The notes under the pieces: model-generated
Told to the model about the DNA's origin: nothing
The model's input: the letters and a program-made list of their open reading frames with translations, nothing else
Databases searched by the model: none
From: Klebsormidium nitens
Taxonomy: Eukaryota > Plantae > Klebsormidiophyceae
Assembly: GCA_000708835.1 (NCBI GenBank)
Contig: DF237129.1
Span: 1-64,000, forward strand
Reading direction: 5' to 3'
Length of the DNA stretch: 64,000 nt
Translations under genes and position numbers: made by a program
Shown: positions 59,057 to 64,000 of the stretch, one piece after another
How positions within the stretch are numbered: position 1 is the first letter of the stretch
How the letters are laid out: each line of letters begins with the position of its first letter

Positions 59057-62000
59057 ATGTCACCTACACATTTTGCTGTCGCTGCGGCCTTGGCCCTTAT
59101 CCTTCTGGTCTCATTCAGCTACTTGCACTCGTCAATCACCATCAGCACCTGTGTTTTCCTGCTGCCAGCTGGCGCAGCGCGATTGGCCCAGCCCCAGCAT
59201 CAAGCCATTCCGACGGGTGGTGTCAACGCAGTTGCCTTGCAAGATTCTCTGGAACAGAGTCAGGAGCAAGAGGGGGAGAAGTCAAAGTGTAAAGCATGGC
59301 AAGACAGCATCTCAGCGATTGGATTTGTAGAGATAAAGCTGCCGCCCGGGGCGAGGGACTTTGAAGAGGAGCCGATTCGGATCTACGAGACGAAGCAGCT
59401 GTACTATCCACAACAACATTGCGATGTTGGATGCAGGTATGTGCATTGTATTCCTTCCCAGTGTTGCATAGCCAGCCAGCATTCTTTCCGAGGAATGTTT
59501 TCTTCAGAGGAATCAGTAAAGTGCCCCCTTTTACGCCCCGCTTTTTCGGTGGTCAAGCTTTGGAAGGTATTGAGAGATTGAGAAAGGCCATGAGCTTCTA
59601 GAGGGAGCTGGTGACATGCCCTCGATCAGGTCTGCCTGATGGTGATCAGTTTCCACAACCTGGTTGACTTTGATTGGGTTAAATCTAGGGTTGAATATTC
59701 AGCTGGCAATCCAGCTGGCAAGCATAAATACTAGGATGTACTTGGACCTCCCAAGCTCCATCCTTCGCGCAAACACTATGCGCTGCAACCTTTGGGTTTG
59801 CTCTGCTTCATTTCCCAACCTTTTGCATCAAAATTACCTACTTTTCAAAAAGCTGCACGAACCCAGTTGCTTAGGAGATTCGAACTCAACCATTGCCCAG
59901 CTGACAGAGCGGGCAAATTGTGCTACCAACTTCCCACTGTACAGACCTTTCACGCTCTCCCGCAGCCTTACCGTGATTCAATACTGACTGTCGTGTTTCC
60001 CGCACTTTCACTGGCGGCGACGGCGCGATCCTCTAATTGCGTGTTTGTAGTGAAGCCAAGATGGTCTCCTACCAGGCTTTTCATGAAACATTTAAAGCAC
60101 AAAGTAAGACTAAAACTCCCACCATTTAGCGCAGCTCTTCTCCGTGAGCTGAGAGAGTTTAGCATGGCGTAAACCACTGTCGCTTTTGTTCCCCCCCTCC
60201 TTCCTGCAGAACATTTACCCCTTCTGCACCTCCAAAGGATGACGACACTCCATGGGATGCCGTTGCTCACTTCGACTCCCACCCCAACGAAATCAACCGC
60301 TCCCTTGGGAGCACCTTCGTCTTGCGCAACATCGAAAGCCCGTCGAACTTTGGGCACCAGCTGTCCGTTGATCGAGCACGATCGGACGGCTATGATGTTA
60401 CCGTGGCTTTCGAGCTCGATGCAGACGTCCCGGTACGCTTTGGAACTTTGATTTCAGCTGACCTGACTTTGCGCTTGATATCTTCACGGCTGTGAATCGT
60501 CCCCATGCTTTGCCCCATTGTAACTTTGCACCTTTGATGCTGGTTACTGAAGGATGAGCATACACACGCTTTGCAAGCGTCGTCAAGCTCTTGCCCGTCG
60601 GTTCACCACGCACAACAGAACATCGAATCCGGACTCTCGCCTGAGAATGACCGTTTGAGATTGATGACACAACAACCAGCTTGATCTAGCTCAAACATCA
60701 TGGCGGTTCCTGCTATGACAAAGCAAAGAACTTCTGTCTTCAAGTTGCTAAGCGGATTCTGGTGCCGCTGAAGAGATCTTTGCCTGAAAGGCAGAAAAGC
60801 CAAAACTGAAGCCGCAACGCCATCTATCTCAACAATCAAGGTCATGCAAAAGCGCCGAGTCGGCAAACTTCACAAAGTTGTTGCAAACTGCCAGCACCGG
60901 GGATAGCTTGTTACATTCCGGACTTGACATGAATCTGATGGGGTTGATTGGATTACGCATAACGAGCTTGAATCTGGAACCAACAGTACGCAAATTTAAG
61001 CAATACCTATTATGGCTTAAAGTATATACTCAGCACTCGGAGTTTATCTTATCTTTTTCAAGCCTGAAATTTAGGTGGTATACACCAACTTCGACGGGGC
61101 CGGGGACTTTTTCGCGCGGCCGATCGACTACGAGGACAAGGTGCCGGCCACGGCGGCGTTCATCTCGAACTGCGACATGGTGACGAGTTTCCGGATGGAG
61201 GCAATGCAGCGGATGCGGGAGCTCGGGGTGGTGGTCGACTCGTACGGAAAGTGCGGGCACACGAAGAACGTCACGGGTGAGCTGCCGAGACATAAACGCG
61301 AGACGGTCTTTGCTTTGGGACGTGAGTTATTGCGTCGGATTGAGAGCTGTTTGAGTCGCCAGTTGAATGATAGGAAGGATGATTCGTGCAGACCAAGAAC
61401 GTCACGGGTGAGCTAGCCAGAATGTAGAAGTGAGACGGAAAAACCGCCTCCTTTTGGGGGAGTAAGGCGTGAGTATTTGCCTGACGCGAATTGAGAGCTG
61501 CATTGAGTCAAAAATCGAAGAATGGAAGGACAGTCCGGGAATTAATGATCGTCTTCGAGCAAGCTGGCAAGAGCCTGGAGGTCAGCGGAGAAGTCCCTCA
61601 GCCGCCTTCTTTGCGGAAACATGAGATGCGACTGAACTTGTCCGGCTGCGAGCTGTTCAAAGCTGAGTCCGCGAATAAGTAGAGAGTCCGGGCAGATCAA
61701 GAACGTCACGCTAAGCTGCCTCTGAAATGAGAAACGTGATACTTTCGGAGAAAAGCTGGTCTACCTCACGTCTTTACGAGAACGTCCTGAATCCTGTTGC
61801 TCGGAGGATTGGTAGACGTGTCGTGTAGCGCTGCCTCAACAAGAAGACTCAGCGGGCTGTACGAGGATGTAAACGTATGACGTCCTCTGAGGACCGCTCC
61901 AATTTACCTGCCGGAAGAGCGAGATTTATTTCTGGCATCCCTTCGATCTCGTGTAAGGTCATCGGCTGTGTCCTTCAAACGGCCCCATCGGACCTAAAAA

Positions 62001-63914
62001 ATACTCCTAGAAGGTTCTGGAAAGCTGTGAGAGAAAGCTCTCTCCAACCGCTCCATGGGTCCTAGAAATGACTTTAAGAAGGTCTTAAAAATGGGCGTAG
62101 AAAAGGCTTCCTCCACGTTCGCAGACGACGACTGGTACGGAATGGAGCACGTGTACAAGTACGAGTCCAAGCTGGGGCTCACTCAGCGTTACATGTTCTA
62201 CTGCGCCTTCGAGAACAGCATCTGGCCGGATTACGTCACCGAGAAGTTTTACCACGGCTTGCGGACCGGCGCCGTACCGATCGTCCTCGGCGCGCCCAAC
62301 GTGGGCGAATTTGCCCCGAGCCCGGACTCGTTTCTGCAGATAAGGAGTCTGGAGGACATCCCTGCGGTTGTGGAGAAGATGAAAGAGGCGATGCGCAACC
62401 GGACGTACTACGAGGTGGGCAGCACTATCTTTCTTCGTTTCTTCTTTTTCGCTTCGTGCGTTGGGCGCGGGGCTTTGATGTGTGTCTGTCTTTTGACCCC
62501 GCTCTATTGACTTAAGCTTGGCGGCCCGTGTCCGGGTCCCTTCTTTCCCTTGCCGCACCTTTTCTTCTTGCAAGCGCTAACTCTCCGTTTTCATCGATGA
62601 TGGGCGACCCTAGAAATGCGGGTCAACTCATTCTCGTTTTCAACGCAAGGCGGAGCAACTGCCCCGTTTGAATGTACTAGGACCTTCGCGAACGTTGCCT
62701 CATAGTTCTAAGACCCCCCGTGACACTTCAAGTGGGCGTTGAGGTTGAAGAAACCCACGTGGCTGTCGCGGCGTCCTTCTTGCGGTAAAGTCGCCTTCCG
62801 TGTCGCTGCCAAAATTTCGCTCGTGCGGATCGCGGCGACATAAACAGCTGCATCCCTGGTTACTGGTCGCTAAATGCGGATGCATCCGCTGACGCCCTCT
62901 TTAAGATGGGCGTCAACGGTAAAACCAGTCCGTTCCGATTTGCTGTTTGCTCAAAAACGGAACCCAGGAGCCTCTTGTTGTGGTTCCGCCGTACCTTCGT
63001 GCGCGTGGTTGCCCCGTCTGTTAGCGGCCCCGGAAGAGGGACTACGAACCAAACCAGTGCATCCTTGACTGCAAAGCACAGTAGTGCACTCTCAGAAGCT
63101 GTCTTCGGCTCGCATTTGAGGAATTGATGGCGAGACTTTTTGTTTCAATCACTTGCCGTGCGCGAGATCTCTTCTTCTTCCATCTGGAAAACGTGGTGTG
63201 AGGAGGATCTTACCTTATCCGCTCCATCGTCTCTGTCTCCCAGAAGCTATTCAGAAAGAAAGACGGTCGCCCTCATTCTTCTTGGCTTTCTTGCAGAGCA
63301 TGCTGGCGTGGAAGTCGGAGGCTCCATCCGAGACCTTCAGAGCGATCACGGACATGCCAGCTGTCCACCCCACGTGCCGGCTCTGCATCCTATTGGCCGA
63401 CCGCATACGACAAAAGGAATGGCGGGAAGGCCGGGGCAACAGCAGTCTTCTAAAAAATCGAAGCAGCGCCGGAAGTTATTTCGAGCAACGCCCCATAGCT
63501 CCTTTTATCATCCCTGCACGGTCGTTTGACCACTGCTCCTGCATAAGCGATGGGCCGACCCCGGAGGTTATGAGCACCAAGTATCTACTCTTCGTGCGCG
63601 AGCGGGGGCTGTTCCGGTTCCGTCCGGTCTTTCTGGGCTCGGAAGACCTCACCCTTAACGGGCTTCACCGAGCAATCATTGAGGGGTTTATGAAGATGCA
63701 TCACCGAGTGACGTGGCAAGAGCACCGGGAAATCTCGTCTGGGCTAGCGGCGCGTATAAGCTCTTGGGAAAGGCCGGTCGTGCATCGCGTATACGAAGTG
63801 GGACGCACGCAGAGGCAGGTGCTGTTTGGCAACGGGTCCTTGCAACACGACGCTCAAGTCGAGGCGCTTGTCAAGTCGCAGCCCTGTCCACGGCTCGAAG
63901 CAATCTTTGTGTAG
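59057..63914 (+). CDS. FUT11: Glycoprotein core alpha-1,3-fucosyltransferase (GT10, FucTA/FucTB-like), about 578 aa, 5 exons
   Basis: Exons 59057-59436, 60210-60432, 61075-61276, about 62101-62414 and 63297-63914. N-terminal anchor, AAFISNC, DSYGKC and the GT10 motif FYCAFENSIWPDYVTEKF...AVPIVLGAPN. The plant core-FucT C-terminal domain (FVRERGLF...QRQVL...PCPRLEAIFV) is present. Confidence 0.9.
61255..61740 (+). repeat. Degenerate 130-150-bp tandem repeats copying the exon 3 donor of the fucosyltransferase
   Basis: CAAGAACGTCACG-type words end at 61275 (true donor GT at 61277), 61406 (intact GGTGAG at 61407-61412) and 61710 (donor lost). Shared GAGAGCTG...GAGTC blocks lie between them. Confidence 0.75.
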
Positions 63915-64000
63915 CTTTTGTGTTGCTCAGTCAAATCTAGATAAACTACTTGTTGACTCAATCCATTATCCAGGTGTAATATGCATCTTTGTACAGTAAA

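Noticed and set aside
1469-63914. A glycan or cell-wall gene cluster (esterase, secreted proteins, fucosyltransferase)
   Set aside because: The genes are tens of kb apart and interleaved with unrelated housekeeping genes; nothing in the sequence links them.
1-64000. Reading the six-frame ORF list as a prokaryotic gene set or operon
   Set aside because: Recognisable proteins are split by GT-AG introns with consistent phases. Most listed ORFs are exon read-throughs or antisense shadows of GC-rich exons.
1-64000. tRNA, rRNA or telomeric arrays
   Set aside because: GTTCGA-like words lack cloverleaf context, no rRNA-like sequence is present, and TTAGGG occurs only singly.

Overview
Intron-rich eukaryotic nuclear DNA with GC-rich exons and canonical GT-AG introns. 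The gene set and intron style suggest a streptophyte green alga or early land-plant relative (Klebsormidium-like; inference only). Most ORFs in the six-frame track are exon fragments or antisense shadows, so I reassembled genes by hand and checked splice phase. Conserved genes: a Golgi-type PC-esterase/SGNH-like protein (+), CDKD/CDK7 (-), DPH6 with RidA-like domains (+), a BTL3-like mitochondrial carrier (+), an FLK/PEP-like triple-KH protein (-), PEX4 (+) and a core alpha-1,3-fucosyltransferase (+). The accessory content is more unusual. (1) A tandem duplication of about 8.5 kb carries two 8-exon genes for a secreted protein with EGF-like repeats plus four 6-Cys (C-C-CC-C-C) modules; each module is one exon preceded by a phase-1 intron. 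(2) A phase-consistent 3-exon orphan gene. (3) A G-rich, G-quadruplex-like mini-element in four copies with variable termini; two copies have exact 9-bp target-site duplications. (4) Two TA-flanked Tc1/mariner-type MITEs. (5) Short tandem duplications that copy exon/intron junctions in three unrelated genes. (6) A decayed gene- or TE-like region at about 43.6-46.1 kb. I could not support any tRNA, rRNA or CRISPR array.
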